Assembly: GCA_034521815.1 (NCBI GenBank)
Contig: JAXHLW010000013.1
Location: 896,001-960,000, forward strand
Source: Trueperaceae bacterium
Lineage (GTDB): Bacteria; Deinococcota; Deinococci; Deinococcales; Trueperaceae
Length of the DNA: 64,000 bases
Direction: 5' to 3'
In this document: positions 13,981-24,058 of the stretch, piece after piece
How the letters are laid out: the number at the start of each line of letters is the position of its first letter
How positions within the stretch are numbered: position 1 is the stretch's first letter
The notes under the pieces: model-generated
Databases searched by the model: none
Told to the model about the DNA's origin: nothing
Seen by the model: only the letters and a program-made list of their open reading frames with translations
Translations under genes and position numbers: made by a program

Positions 13981-14843
13981 CGCCCGCAGCGGACCACCTC
14001 CCTGTGATGGCCGCCGCCTGCCTCGAAGCGCTGCGACCCGGTCCGGGCATGTGGATCGTCGACGCGACCTTCGGCGCCGGCGGTCACACCCGCGCCCTGC
14101 TGGACGCCGGAGCGAACGTGTTCGCGATCGACCGGGATCCCCGCGCCGCCCAGCGCGCGGCCGCGATCGGATCCGACCGCCTGCACCTCGAGCACGGCGA
14201 CTTTCGTGACCTCGAGCGGATGCTGGCCACGCACCGGATTCCCGCTCCGGACGGGATCCTGATGGATCTCGGCGTGTCGTCGATGCAGCTCGACGAGGCC
14301 GAGCGCGGCTTCGCGTTCCGACACGACGGGCCCCTGGACATGCGGATGAGCTCGGAAGGCCGCAGCGCCGCCGACCTCGTCGCCGACGCCAGCGAGGCCG
14401 AGCTGGCCGCCCTCCTCTACCGCTACGGCGAGGAACGCCACAGCCGCCGGATCGCACGCGCCATCGTCGCCGCACGCGACGAGGCCCCCATCCTCACGAC
14501 CGAACGGCTGACCGAGGTGGTCCGGGCCGCGTACCCGTCCGGACCCCGCCGCGATCACCCGGCCCGCCGCACCTTCCAGGCGCTTCGCATCGTCGTCAAC
14601 GACGAGCTGGGCGCGCTCGAGGAGGGTCTCGAGGCGGCCGCGCGGGTCTTGGCGCCCGGTGGGCGACTGGTGGTCCTCGCCTACCACAGCCTCGAGGACC
14701 GGATCGTCAAGCACTTCCTGCGCGGGTCGAGCCGCATGACGCCGCTCACCAAGCGTCCCGTCGTCGCGACCGACGAGGAGACCCGCGCCAACCCCCGTGC
14801 CCGGGCGGCCAAGCTGCGCATCGCGGAACGGGCGGCGACGTGA
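13977..14843 (+). CDS. rsmH: 16S rRNA m4C1402 methyltransferase
   Basis: DATFGAGGH, DLGVSSMQ, PLDMRM, YHSLEDR. Confidence 0.97.
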   Translation: MTPAADHLPVMAAACLEALRPGPGMWIVDATFGAGGHTRALLDAGANVFAIDRDPRAAQRAAAIGSDRLHLEHGDFRDLERMLATHRIPAPDGILMDLGVSSMQLDEAERGFAFRHDGPLDMRMSSEGRSAADLVADASEAELAALLYRYGEERHSRRIARAIVAARDEAPILTTERLTEVVRAAYPSGPRRDHPARRTFQALRIVVNDELGALEEGLEAAARVLAPGGRLVVLAYHSLEDRIVKHFLRGSSRMTPLTKRPVVATDEETRANPRARAAKLRIAERAAT

Positions 14844-15163
14844 TCCGGCGCGCGATCCGGGCCGTGCCCGTCTACGTCGCCATGATGCTGGCGCTCGCCG
14901 CGCTGGGCGCCGTGAACCAGGGGCTGCTGGACCGCGAGCTGACCCTGATGGAGCAGCGCGAAGCCACGCGCCGCGAGATCGTCGAGCTGCGCGCCCGCGC
15001 TGCCGCCGTGCAAGGCCCCCTGGCCGTCGCCCGCTGGGCCCAGGAGCACGGCATGGTTCCCGCCCCCGAGATCGAGACCGTCGAGCACGTGATGCCGCTG
15101 CCGGCCCCGCGCCCCCTGGCGCCCGAGCCCACCGGCTTGGAGGTGCGAACGCAATGGCGTTGA
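14840..15163 (+). CDS. ftsL: FtsL-like cell division protein
   Basis: Position between rsmH and the PBP; single TM followed by a coiled coil. Confidence 0.65.
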   Translation: MIRRAIRAVPVYVAMMLALAALGAVNQGLLDRELTLMEQREATRREIVELRARAAAVQGPLAVARWAQEHGMVPAPEIETVEHVMPLPAPRPLAPEPTGLEVRTQWR

Positions 15164-16560
15164 GACGCGCGATCCAACCGTCCCCTGCCCTGGAGCTGCG
15201 CTTGGCGCGGCGTCCCCTGCTGCTGCTGCTGATCGCGTTGCCCCTGCTGGCCGCGCTCGCGGGCTTCGGGATGCAGCAGGGCGGAGCACCGACCTGGCCC
15301 ACGCCGCCCGTGATCGCGCCCGAGCGCGGCCGTATCCTGGCCAGCGACGGAACCGTCCTGGCCGAAGGGGACGTGGCGTCCCGCCACTACCCGCAAGGCC
15401 CGCTGGCCGCGCACGTCGTCGGGTTCTCAGGCGCGGTGCAGCCGGACGGACGCTACGGCCTCGAGGGGGTCGAGTACACGCTGGACACACGGCTCCAAGC
15501 CGGATTCGACGCCACGCTCACGATCGACCCGATCCTGCAAGCCGCCGCCGAGCGTCAGCTCGCAGCCGCCGTCGTCGCGAGCGGCGCCGAGAACGGCAGC
15601 GTCGTGATGCTCGAGGTGGGGACCGGCCGGATCCTGACGGCCGCGAGCTACCCCACGTTCGACCCGAACCGGCAGGGCCAGTACGGCCGGGACGCCATCG
15701 CCAACCAGGCGTTCCTGCGCCACTACGAGCCCGGCTCGGTGATGAAGCCGTTCGTCATCGCCGCCTTGCTGCAAAGCGGTCGGCTGGTGCCCAGCGAGAC
15801 GGTGGACGCGCCCCCCACCCTGCGCGTGGGCGACAAGACGTTCCGCGACGTCGCACGTCACCCGGACGTGCTCGAGGTGCGCGACGTGCTCCGCTACAGC
15901 AGCAACACCGCGATGATGAACCTGACGGAGCGGTTCGAGCCCAGCGAGCTCCACGCCTGGCTTCGCCACTACGGGTTCGGGCAGTCGCTGCCGATCCGCT
16001 CGGCGTACACCAGGCCCGGGTTGCTGAACCCGTGGCAGGAGTGGGTCCCGCAGGACCAGGCCTCGGTCACGATCGGTCAGAGCGTCGCGACGACGCCGCT
16101 GCAGCTGGCCGCCGCGTACGCCATCTTCGCGAACGACGGCGTCTACGTCCCCCCGCGCCTGGTCGCGGACGAAGCGAGCCCCGAGCCGTACCGCGTCCTG
16201 TCGAGCGAGGTGGCCCGCACCGTGCGCGGCATGCTGCGCTACACCGTCGAGGAGAGCGGGCTGCGGAGCTCCCGGATCCCTGGCGTGGCCGTGGCGGGCA
16301 AGACCGGCACCGCCGACATCTACTCGCCCGAGCAGGGCACGTACCCCGAGGGCTGGTACTCGCTGACGTTCGCCGGCATGTTCCCGGCCGAGCAGCCACG
16401 CGTGGTCATGGTCGTCATGCTGCAGAAACCGACCGAGAGCTCGTCCAGCACGTACGTCGCCGCGCCGCTGTTCCGGGCGATCGGGAGCGAGATCGTCGCG
16501 CACTGGGGCGTCGCGCCCGAGCCGGAGCGGCTGGCCGGAACCCCCGCCACGAGCCCGTGA
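15154..16560 (+). CDS. ftsI: Class B penicillin-binding protein (FtsI-like)
   Basis: RGRILASDG, EPGSVMK (SxxK), SSN, KTGTA. Confidence 0.9.
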   Translation: MALRRAIQPSPALELRLARRPLLLLLIALPLLAALAGFGMQQGGAPTWPTPPVIAPERGRILASDGTVLAEGDVASRHYPQGPLAAHVVGFSGAVQPDGRYGLEGVEYTLDTRLQAGFDATLTIDPILQAAAERQLAAAVVASGAENGSVVMLEVGTGRILTAASYPTFDPNRQGQYGRDAIANQAFLRHYEPGSVMKPFVIAALLQSGRLVPSETVDAPPTLRVGDKTFRDVARHPDVLEVRDVLRYSSNTAMMNLTERFEPSELHAWLRHYGFGQSLPIRSAYTRPGLLNPWQEWVPQDQASVTIGQSVATTPLQLAAAYAIFANDGVYVPPRLVADEASPEPYRVLSSEVARTVRGMLRYTVEESGLRSSRIPGVAVAGKTGTADIYSPEQGTYPEGWYSLTFAGMFPAEQPRVVMVVMLQKPTESSSSTYVAAPLFRAIGSEIVAHWGVAPEPERLAGTPATSP

Positions 16561-16630
16561 CGAGCGCCGTCCGCTCCGTTCCGTCCGCGTGGCGCGCCGC
16601 CACGAGGACGGGTACCGTACGCATCGTCCG

Positions 16631-18091
16631 ATGACCCTCTCCGGCTCCCCACACCACGCACGGCTCTCGGCAGCGGCTCTCGCCGAGCTGATCGGCGCCG
16701 CCGCGCCGTCCGACCCCCGGGTCCCCGTCTCCGGAGCGACGCACCACAGCGGCCGCGTCCGGCCCGGCGACGCGTTCTTCGCGCTTCCCGGCGCGGACCA
16801 CCACGGCATCGTGCACGCCGACGCGGCGTTGAGCGCCGGCGCGGCGCTGATCGTCTCCGACCGCCCCCATCCGATGGGGCTCGCCGTGGCCGATCCGGGC
16901 GCGGCGCTGCTGCGACTGGGTCGGTTCGCTCGGGGTCGCCTGACCGGTCCGGTGGTGGGCGTGACCGGATCGGCGGGCAAGACCACCGCTCGCGCCCTGC
17001 TGGCCGCGGCGCTGGACGCAGAGGCGTCGGAAGGCAACCTGAACACGCCCCACGCGCTGGCCGGTCGGCTGGTGCGGGCCTGGAACGACGACGCCGGCCG
17101 GCCGCTGGTGCTGGAGCTGGGCATCGACCGGATCGGCGAGATGGCCGAGCTCACCGAGCTGGTCCGCCCCGACGTCGGGCTGATCACCAGCATCGCCGCC
17201 AGCCACCTGGACGGCCTTCGCGACGAGGCGACCGTCGCCCACGAGAAGGCCGGACTGCTCCGGGCCGCTCCGCGCGGCCTGGCCGCGGACGCCGCCTGGG
17301 GCACCCTGCCGCGTGAGCTGTCGGATCGAATCGTCCGTTACGGGCTGTCCGGGGGCGCTCCGGGCGACGCTCCCGGCGACGCTCCCGGGGACGCCCTCTG
17401 GCGCGCGCGCCTGCAAGGCGGAAACGCCGACGACCGACCTCGCGACGGCGACGCACTCGACGGCGACGCGCTCGACGGCGACGCGCTCGACGGCGACGCC
17501 GTCCTCGGCGATCCGTTCGCGCCGGTGCTGATCCTCGAGCGCCCGGAGCGGCATCGTGGCGTGCGCGTCAGGCTGCCCGGCGTGGGGCGTGGTCTGGCCG
17601 AGAGCGCGGTGGGCGCTTTGGCGACCGCCGCGCTGTTGGGCGTTCCGCTGGACGCGGCCGCGCGTCGTCTCGAGGGCGCCGCTCTGGAGCCCGGCCGCCT
17701 TCAGCTCAGGCGGCTCGGCTCCCTCACGGTCATCGACGACAGCTACAACGCCAACCCCGTCTCGGCACGTCAGGCCCTCGAGCTGCTTCGCGCCGCACCG
17801 GCCCCACGCGTCGCGGTGCTGGGCGAGATGCTGGAGCTCGGCGACGACGCCGCCCGTTATCACCGAGCGCTGGGCGAGGCGACGCGGGGCCTCGAGCTGG
17901 TCCTGTTCCACGGACCGCACGGCGACGCGGTGCGGAGCGGCAACCCGGAAGCCCAGGTGCTGGACGATGCCACGATCCGTGCGTCGGTATCACGACTCCC
18001 GCGCGAGGGCACGATCCTGATCAAGGCGTCACGCGGCATGCGCTTCGAACGCCTGGTGGCGGCCCTGACCGAGAGCGAGCCGGCGTCGTGA
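16631..18091 (+). CDS. murF: UDP-MurNAc-tripeptide--D-Ala-D-Ala ligase
   Basis: TGSAGKTT, GNLN, DDSYNANP, GEMLELG, KASRGM. Confidence 0.93.
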   Translation: MTLSGSPHHARLSAAALAELIGAAAPSDPRVPVSGATHHSGRVRPGDAFFALPGADHHGIVHADAALSAGAALIVSDRPHPMGLAVADPGAALLRLGRFARGRLTGPVVGVTGSAGKTTARALLAAALDAEASEGNLNTPHALAGRLVRAWNDDAGRPLVLELGIDRIGEMAELTELVRPDVGLITSIAASHLDGLRDEATVAHEKAGLLRAAPRGLAADAAWGTLPRELSDRIVRYGLSGGAPGDAPGDAPGDALWRARLQGGNADDRPRDGDALDGDALDGDALDGDAVLGDPFAPVLILERPERHRGVRVRLPGVGRGLAESAVGALATAALLGVPLDAAARRLEGAALEPGRLQLRRLGSLTVIDDSYNANPVSARQALELLRAAPAPRVAVLGEMLELGDDAARYHRALGEATRGLELVLFHGPHGDAVRSGNPEAQVLDDATIRASVSRLPREGTILIKASRGMRFERLVAALTESEPAS

Positions 18092-19068
18092 GCGTGGCCG
18101 GGCTGATGGCGACCACCGCGCTGCTGGGCTGGCTGGCCACCGGCGTGTTCCTGTCGCTGGCCAGGACGCGGGGCTGGGGCAAGGCCGTGCGGCGCGACGG
18201 GCCCGCCGGACATCTCGTCAAGGAGGGCACCCCGACGATGGGGGGCGCCCCGTTCATGGCCGCCGCCGTGGTGATCATGGCGGCCGCGCTGGGCAGCGGC
18301 GCGGTCGTTCCGGCGTCGCTGCCTGGACGTGCGACCCCGGTTCCGTCAGACCTCGCCGGCGTGGGCGGCTGGGCGGTCGTCGCGCTCATCGTGGCCGCGG
18401 CGGCGCTGGGGCTGTGGGACGACCTCGCGTCGCTGCGGCGCAAACGGTCGCTGGCCGCGGGCCTCGACGCCTCGACCGGCGTGCTGGCCCGCTGGCGTCT
18501 CGTCGGACAGGGGGCCGCCGCGCTGGCGTTCTCGATCTGGGCGGTCGCCAGCGGGCGCGAGATGGTCGGGGTGCCGTGGCTGGACGTGCTGGCGTTCGCG
18601 TTCGTGATCGTGGGCACGATCAACGCGCTCAACATGACCGACGGTCTGGACGGCCTCGCCGCCGGGGTGACGGCCACGATGCTGCTGGCGTTCTGGGGCG
18701 ATCCCCTCGCCGCGGCGTTGCTGGGCGCGCTCCTCGGCTTCCTCTGGTTCAACGCGCACCCCGCACGGCTGTTCATGGGCGGCGTCGGCGCCGAGGCGTT
18801 GGGCGCCGCGATCGCCGGGCTGGCCATCGTGCACGGCGACGTGTGGAGGATCCCGATCCTGGCGATCGTCCCCCTGGCCGAAATCGTGTCGGTGATCGTT
18901 CAGGTCGCCTGGTTCCGCGCGACCGGCGGCCGCCGACTGCTTCGCATGAGTCCCCTGCACCACCATTTCGAGCTGTCCGGCTGGCCCGAGACCCGCGTCG
19001 TCCTACGCTTCTGGATCGTGACCGCGCTCGCGACCGCTGTGGCCGTCGCCTCGCGCTCGTGGTGGTGA
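18088..19068 (+). CDS. mraY: Phospho-MurNAc-pentapeptide transferase
   Basis: KEGTPTMGG, NMTDGLDGL, PLHHHFE. Confidence 0.95.
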   Translation: MSVAGLMATTALLGWLATGVFLSLARTRGWGKAVRRDGPAGHLVKEGTPTMGGAPFMAAAVVIMAAALGSGAVVPASLPGRATPVPSDLAGVGGWAVVALIVAAAALGLWDDLASLRRKRSLAAGLDASTGVLARWRLVGQGAAALAFSIWAVASGREMVGVPWLDVLAFAFVIVGTINALNMTDGLDGLAAGVTATMLLAFWGDPLAAALLGALLGFLWFNAHPARLFMGGVGAEALGAAIAGLAIVHGDVWRIPILAIVPLAEIVSVIVQVAWFRATGGRRLLRMSPLHHHFELSGWPETRVVLRFWIVTALATAVAVASRSWW

Positions 19069-19115
19069 GCTCGCCGTGGTGAGCTTGCCGTGGTGACTTT
19101 GCCGTGGTGACCTCG
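19062..19115 (+). repeat. 14-bp degenerate tandem repeat, about 4 copies, at the mraY/murD junction
   Basis: gtggtgagctcgcc gtggtgagcttgcc gtggtgactttgcc gtggtgacctcg. Confidence 0.85.
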
Positions 19116-20455
19116 TGAAGGTGCTGCTGTACGGCCTGGGGCGCAGCGGCTTGGCGGCCGGCCGGCTGCTGCACCGTCAGGGCCACGAGCCGGTCTGGTA
19201 CGACCAGCACCTGGAAGGTGCCGGCGTGCTCGAGGCCAGGCGAGCGGGCTGGCGATGGGCCGACGATCCGCTGGCCAGCGGCGCCGACCTGTGCATCGCC
19301 GCGCCCGGCGTGCCGATCGATCACCCCGACCTCGTGCGCCTACGGGCGGCCGGCACCGAGACGATCGGCGAGGTCGAGTGGGTCGCTCGCACCGTCGATG
19401 CGCCGATCCTGGGCGTCACCGGGACGGCCGGGAAGGGAACCGTGACCCGCTGGACGGAGGCGATGCTTCACGCTGCCGGAATCGACGCGGTCGCGGGCGG
19501 GAACCTCGATCCGGCGCTCTCGGCCGTCGCCGAGCCGGGCCTGTGGCTGGTGACCGAGCTGTCGTCGTTCCAGCTGGAGCGCTGCCCGACCCTGCACCCC
19601 CGCGTCGCGGTGGTGACGGTCCTGGGGCGCGACCACCTCGATCGCCACGGCGACCTGGCCACCTACCACGCGCTCAAGCGGAGCTTGCTGACGCACCTCG
19701 GGCCCGACGACACGGCCGTGCTGAACGCCGACGATCCGCTGCAGGACGCGTGGGGACGGGATACGCCGGCGCGGGTCGCGCGCTACGGCCTGACCTCGCC
19801 GACCGCGTACGCCCGCATCGACGTGGGGCGCGTCCTGCTGGGAGACCACGATCTCGGTCCGGTTTCGGCGCTGGGGCCGCCCGGCCGGCACCAGCGCTCC
19901 AACCTGCTCGCCGCCGCCGCGGCGGCGGAGGCGGCCGGCGCGGACCCGGACGCCATCGCCGCCACGATCCCCACGCTGACCTCGGCGCCGGGTCGGCACG
20001 AGCTCGTCACAGAGAGCTGCGGCGTCCGCTTCGTCGACGATTCGATCGCCACGCGCGAGCTCGCCGTCGCAGCGGCGCTCGAAGCGGCGACGCCCCCGAT
20101 CGCCTGGATCGTCGGAGGCCGCGACAAGGGCGCGGACCCGGACGCCGTGCGGACGCTGGTTCCTGGACGCGTGGCCCAGCTGATCGGGATCGGCGAGGCC
20201 GGCCCCCGCTTCGTCCAGGCGTTCGCGCAGGAGGCGCCCGGCCGGATCGTTCCGGACGCGGACGGACGCGCCGCGATGGCCGCCGCCGTGCGCATCGGCG
20301 CGGAAACGGTCCGGGCGCGTGGCGGTGGCACGGTGCTGCTGGCGCCTCTGGCGGCGTCGTTCGATCAGTTCCGTGATCACGAGGCGCGCGGACGCGCGTT
20401 CCGCGACGCGGTGCTCGCGCTCGCCGGGGAGGTGCCGTGGACCGCCTGCTCCTGA
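19115..20455 (+). CDS. murD: UDP-MurNAc-L-Ala--D-Glu ligase
   Basis: GLGRSG, TGTAGKGT, ELSSFQL, DHLDRH, ASFDQF. Confidence 0.94.
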   Translation: MKVLLYGLGRSGLAAGRLLHRQGHEPVWYDQHLEGAGVLEARRAGWRWADDPLASGADLCIAAPGVPIDHPDLVRLRAAGTETIGEVEWVARTVDAPILGVTGTAGKGTVTRWTEAMLHAAGIDAVAGGNLDPALSAVAEPGLWLVTELSSFQLERCPTLHPRVAVVTVLGRDHLDRHGDLATYHALKRSLLTHLGPDDTAVLNADDPLQDAWGRDTPARVARYGLTSPTAYARIDVGRVLLGDHDLGPVSALGPPGRHQRSNLLAAAAAAEAAGADPDAIAATIPTLTSAPGRHELVTESCGVRFVDDSIATRELAVAAALEAATPPIAWIVGGRDKGADPDAVRTLVPGRVAQLIGIGEAGPRFVQAFAQEAPGRIVPDADGRAAMAAAVRIGAETVRARGGGTVLLAPLAASFDQFRDHEARGRAFRDAVLALAGEVPWTACS

Positions 20456-21504
20456 CCGTTCAGATCTGGCTGGGCGCGCTGGGCGTGCTGGGCGTCACCG
20501 CCGCGGCGCCCCAGCTGGGCGTCGAGCACGCCTTGCGGGTCACGGCCGCCCTGGCGCTCACCGTCGTGGTCGCCCGCATTCCCGTCCGGAGCGTGGTGCG
20601 CGCCAGTCCGTGGCTGTACGGAGGAACGCTGGCGCTGCTCGTCCTGGTGCTGTTCATCGGCGTCTCGCCCGCGGGAAGCGACGCGAAGCGCTGGCTGCTG
20701 ATCGGCGGCATCTCGTTCCAGCCCTCCGAGCTGATGAAGGTCGCCGTGATCGCCTACCTCGCGGCGTTCTTCCACAACCACCTGGGCGACTGGCAGATCT
20801 GGCGGCCGATGGTCGTCGTCGGCCTGGCCGCCGGCCTGATCGTCGCCGAGCCCGACGTGAGCACCGCGCTGTTCCTGTTCGCGTTGGCGTTCGCGGTGAT
20901 GCTGGCCGCGGGCACCACCTTGGTCCGCCTGTTGTCGATCTCGACCGCGGCGGCGCTGATCGCGCTGGTGATCGGCGGGCCGTACCTGAGTCAGTTCGGG
21001 TACCTGTCCGATCGGATCACCGGCTTCGCCGACCTGTGGGGAGCTCAGGAGGCGACCCAGACGACCAGCTACCAGGCCTACCAGGCACGCCAGGCGCTGG
21101 CCGCCGGCGGCGTGATCGGCATCGGCCCCGGCCGACCGGTCCGCGTGCCGGAAGCCGAGACGGACATGGTGGCGATCTCGATCGGACGGTCGCTGGGGCT
21201 GGCCGGGATGGCCGGCCTGGTGATCCTCTACCTGATCGTCGCCTCGCGCGGGCTGCGGATCGCGGCGGCGCAGGCGGGGCCCGGCGCCCTGCTGGCGGCC
21301 GGAGCCACGGCGTACCTGTGCGGCCAGGCCGCGCTGAACCTGCTGGTCGCCTCCGGTCTCCTCCCCGTCACCGGCATCCCGCTCCCGTTCGTCAGCTACG
21401 GGCTGAACAGCCTGGTGTCGGTCGCGATCGCGTTCGGGTTCCTCCACGCCGCTCACCGCGAGGCGCGTCGGGCCGTCGATCGGGACGCCGAGGCGACGTC
21501 GTGA
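20437..21504 (+). CDS. ftsW: SEDS peptidoglycan polymerase FtsW
   Basis: RW..., FQPSELMK, PVTGIPLPFVSYG. Confidence 0.93.
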   Translation: MDRLLLTVQIWLGALGVLGVTAAAPQLGVEHALRVTAALALTVVVARIPVRSVVRASPWLYGGTLALLVLVLFIGVSPAGSDAKRWLLIGGISFQPSELMKVAVIAYLAAFFHNHLGDWQIWRPMVVVGLAAGLIVAEPDVSTALFLFALAFAVMLAAGTTLVRLLSISTAAALIALVIGGPYLSQFGYLSDRITGFADLWGAQEATQTTSYQAYQARQALAAGGVIGIGPGRPVRVPEAETDMVAISIGRSLGLAGMAGLVILYLIVASRGLRIAAAQAGPGALLAAGATAYLCGQAALNLLVASGLLPVTGIPLPFVSYGLNSLVSVAIAFGFLHAAHREARRAVDRDAEATS

Positions 21505-22610
21505 GGCTGCTGCTGGCGGCGGGAGGCACGGGCGGCCACGTCTTCCCCGCCCTGGCGCTGGCGGCCGAGGCGGCGCTCGGCGGACACCAGACGCTGCTGA
21601 TCGGCGCACGCGGCGGGATGGAGGAGCGGCTGGCGGCCGAGGCGAGCGTGCCGTTCGTGGGCGTGCCGGCCGGAAAGTGGGATCGGCAGCGGCCCGACCC
21701 GCGCCAGGCGTGGCACGCGCTCCGCGGCCTGGGCGTCGCGCTCGCGGCGACCCGCCGCTACGCTCCGGACGTCACCGTCGCCTTCGGCGGCTTCGCGTCG
21801 TTCCCCGGCTGCGTCGCGTCGGTCCTGACCCGCACGCCGCTGGTCTTGCACGAAGGGAACGCCTACCCAGGCCGCGTGACGCGCTGGTTCGCCGGCCGGG
21901 CGCGGGCCGTGGCGTTGGCGCTCCCCGAAGCGGCTCCGCGACTGCCCGGCGCCAGGCGCCTCGAGACCGTCGGCTTCCCCGTGCGCGAGACCCGCATCGA
22001 CCGCCTGGAGGCGCGCCGCCGACTGGGCGTTCCAGGCGAGGGGCTGCTCACGCTGGCGATGGGCGGGTCGCAAGGCTCGCTGGCCCTGAACGAGGCGGTC
22101 CCGGCCGCCTATCGCCAGTTGCCTACGCCCAGCCGTGGCGCGGTGCTGCACGCCACCGGACCCCGTTGGCTGGAGGCCGTCGAGGACGCCACCAGCGACC
22201 TGCCGAGCTACCGGACGACCGGCTTCGTGGACGCCACCCTCGCCTGGTCGGCCGCGGACCTCGCGCTGGTGCGCGCCGGCGTGGGTACGCTCTCGGAAGC
22301 GGCGTACCACGCCGTGCCGCTCGTGATGCTTCCCCTGCCGACCGCGGCCGACGATCATCAGCGGCACAATGCCAGGGCCGTGGCCGCCGCGGGAGGCGGA
22401 CGCGCGGTCGAGCAGGACGATCTGGCGGCGATCACAGACGCTTGGCGCTCGTTCCTGGACGCCGAGACGCGAGCGATCGCCTCCGCCAAGATCGCCGCGC
22501 GGAGCCCCGAAGGCGCCGCGGCCAGGCTGCTGAGCGTCGCCCAGGCCGCCGCGCGGCCCGGCGAGCCACCGACCACGACCACGAGCCGAGCCGAGGAAGG
22601 CCAACGATGA
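21501..22610 (+). CDS. murG: Lipid II GlcNAc transferase
   Basis: GGTGGHVFP, FGGFAS, HEGN, GGSQGS, HQRHNA. Confidence 0.95.
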   Translation: MRLLLAAGGTGGHVFPALALAAEAALGGHQTLLIGARGGMEERLAAEASVPFVGVPAGKWDRQRPDPRQAWHALRGLGVALAATRRYAPDVTVAFGGFASFPGCVASVLTRTPLVLHEGNAYPGRVTRWFAGRARAVALALPEAAPRLPGARRLETVGFPVRETRIDRLEARRRLGVPGEGLLTLAMGGSQGSLALNEAVPAAYRQLPTPSRGAVLHATGPRWLEAVEDATSDLPSYRTTGFVDATLAWSAADLALVRAGVGTLSEAAYHAVPLVMLPLPTAADDHQRHNARAVAAAGGGRAVEQDDLAAITDAWRSFLDAETRAIASAKIAARSPEGAAARLLSVAQAAARPGEPPTTTTSRAEEGQR

Positions 22611-24058
22611 GCACGCACCTCCACTTCATGGGCGTCGGTGGCGTCAGCATGAGCGGACTGGCCCGTCACTACCGCGCCGCCGGCCACCGGGTGTCCGGCT
22701 GCGACGCCGCGACGACCGCCACGACCGACGAGCTCCGGGCGCAAGGCATCGACGTCGCGATCGGGCACGATCCGTCGCACCTCGACGGCGTGGACGCGCT
22801 GGTCGTCAGCGCGGCGATCGCCGCCGACGAGCCCGAGCTCGTCGAGGCGCGTCGCCGGGGAGTGACGGTCCACAGGCGCATCGACCTGCTGGCCGAGCTG
22901 TTCGAGAGCTACCGCGCCATCGGCGTCACCGGAACGCACGGCAAGAGCACCACGAGCGGCATGATCGCCACGATCCTGGTGCGGCACGGCGACGACCCCG
23001 CTGTTCAGCTCGGTGCCACCCTGCCGGCGCTGGCGGGCGTCATGCGCTTCGGACGCGGCGCGCACCTCGTGGCGGAGGTCGACGAATCCGATCCCGGCTT
23101 CGCCCAGCTCCGGACCGACGTCGCGATCGTCACGAACCTCGAGGACGACCACATCGCGGGTGAGCACGACGAGCGACGTACCTACCACGCCAGCTTGGAC
23201 GACCTCGAGGATGCCGTCCGCCGCTTCGCGCGGCAGGCGAGGGTCCTGGTCAGCTGCGCGGACTGGCCCACCCTGGACGAGCTGCTCGCCGGGCACCCGC
23301 GCCACCTGCGCTACGGCGAGGCGGCGCACGCCGAGTACCGCGTCGCGGACCTGACGCTGGGTCCGTCCGAGAGCCGGTTTCGGCTTCACGGCCCCGGCGA
23401 GGTCGCCGAGGTGACGCTGAGCGTGCCCGGCCGCTACAACGTGCTCAACGCGGCAGGCGCGCTGGCTGCGGCCCATCAGGCCGGCGTGGCGCTCCAAGAC
23501 GGCGCGGAGGCGCTGGCCGGCTTCGGCGGCGTCGGGCGACGCTGGCAACGCTGGGGCGAGCTGCGGGGCGCGCTGGTGATCGACGACTACGCGCACCACC
23601 CGACCGAGGTGGCGGCCACCCTCGAGGCGGCCCGCGCCACGGGTCGCCGCGTGCGCGCCGTGCTCCAGCCGCATCGCTGGGTCCGGACGGCGCGACACTG
23701 GCCGGCGCTCGCCGATGCGGCGGCCGCGGCGGACGAGGTGCTGGTCCTGGACGTCTACGCCGCGGGCGAGCGGGCGATCCCCGGCGTCTCGGCCGACCGG
23801 ATCGTGGAGCGCCTCGTCGCAGCGGGACGGTCCGCCTCGAGGCACGACCTGGTGTCTGCCCAGCGCTACTTGGAGGACACCCTGAGGCCGAACGACCTGG
23901 TGATCACGCTGGGCGCGGGCGACGTGTGGCGGGTCGCGGCGGCGCTGATGGAGCACGCGACGGCCGATGCGGTGGACGATGCCCTGGCCGACGATGACCT
24001 GGCCGACGATGCGCTGGCGGACGATCCGGCGACGCCCGCCGGCAGGGAGCGCCCATGA
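22607..24058 (+). CDS. murC: UDP-MurNAc--L-Ala ligase
   Basis: GVGGVSMSG, GTHGKSTT, DDYAHHPTE, QPHR, GAGD. Confidence 0.96.
   Translation: MSTHLHFMGVGGVSMSGLARHYRAAGHRVSGCDAATTATTDELRAQGIDVAIGHDPSHLDGVDALVVSAAIAADEPELVEARRRGVTVHRRIDLLAELFESYRAIGVTGTHGKSTTSGMIATILVRHGDDPAVQLGATLPALAGVMRFGRGAHLVAEVDESDPGFAQLRTDVAIVTNLEDDHIAGEHDERRTYHASLDDLEDAVRRFARQARVLVSCADWPTLDELLAGHPRHLRYGEAAHAEYRVADLTLGPSESRFRLHGPGEVAEVTLSVPGRYNVLNAAGALAAAHQAGVALQDGAEALAGFGGVGRRWQRWGELRGALVIDDYAHHPTEVAATLEAARATGRRVRAVLQPHRWVRTARHWPALADAAAAADEVLVLDVYAAGERAIPGVSADRIVERLVAAGRSASRHDLVSAQRYLEDTLRPNDLVITLGAGDVWRVAAALMEHATADAVDDALADDDLADDALADDPATPAGRERP

Noticed and set aside
19062-19115. CRISPR array at this or any other tandem repeat
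   Set aside because: Units are contiguous 8-18 bp with no unique spacers, and there are no cas genes.
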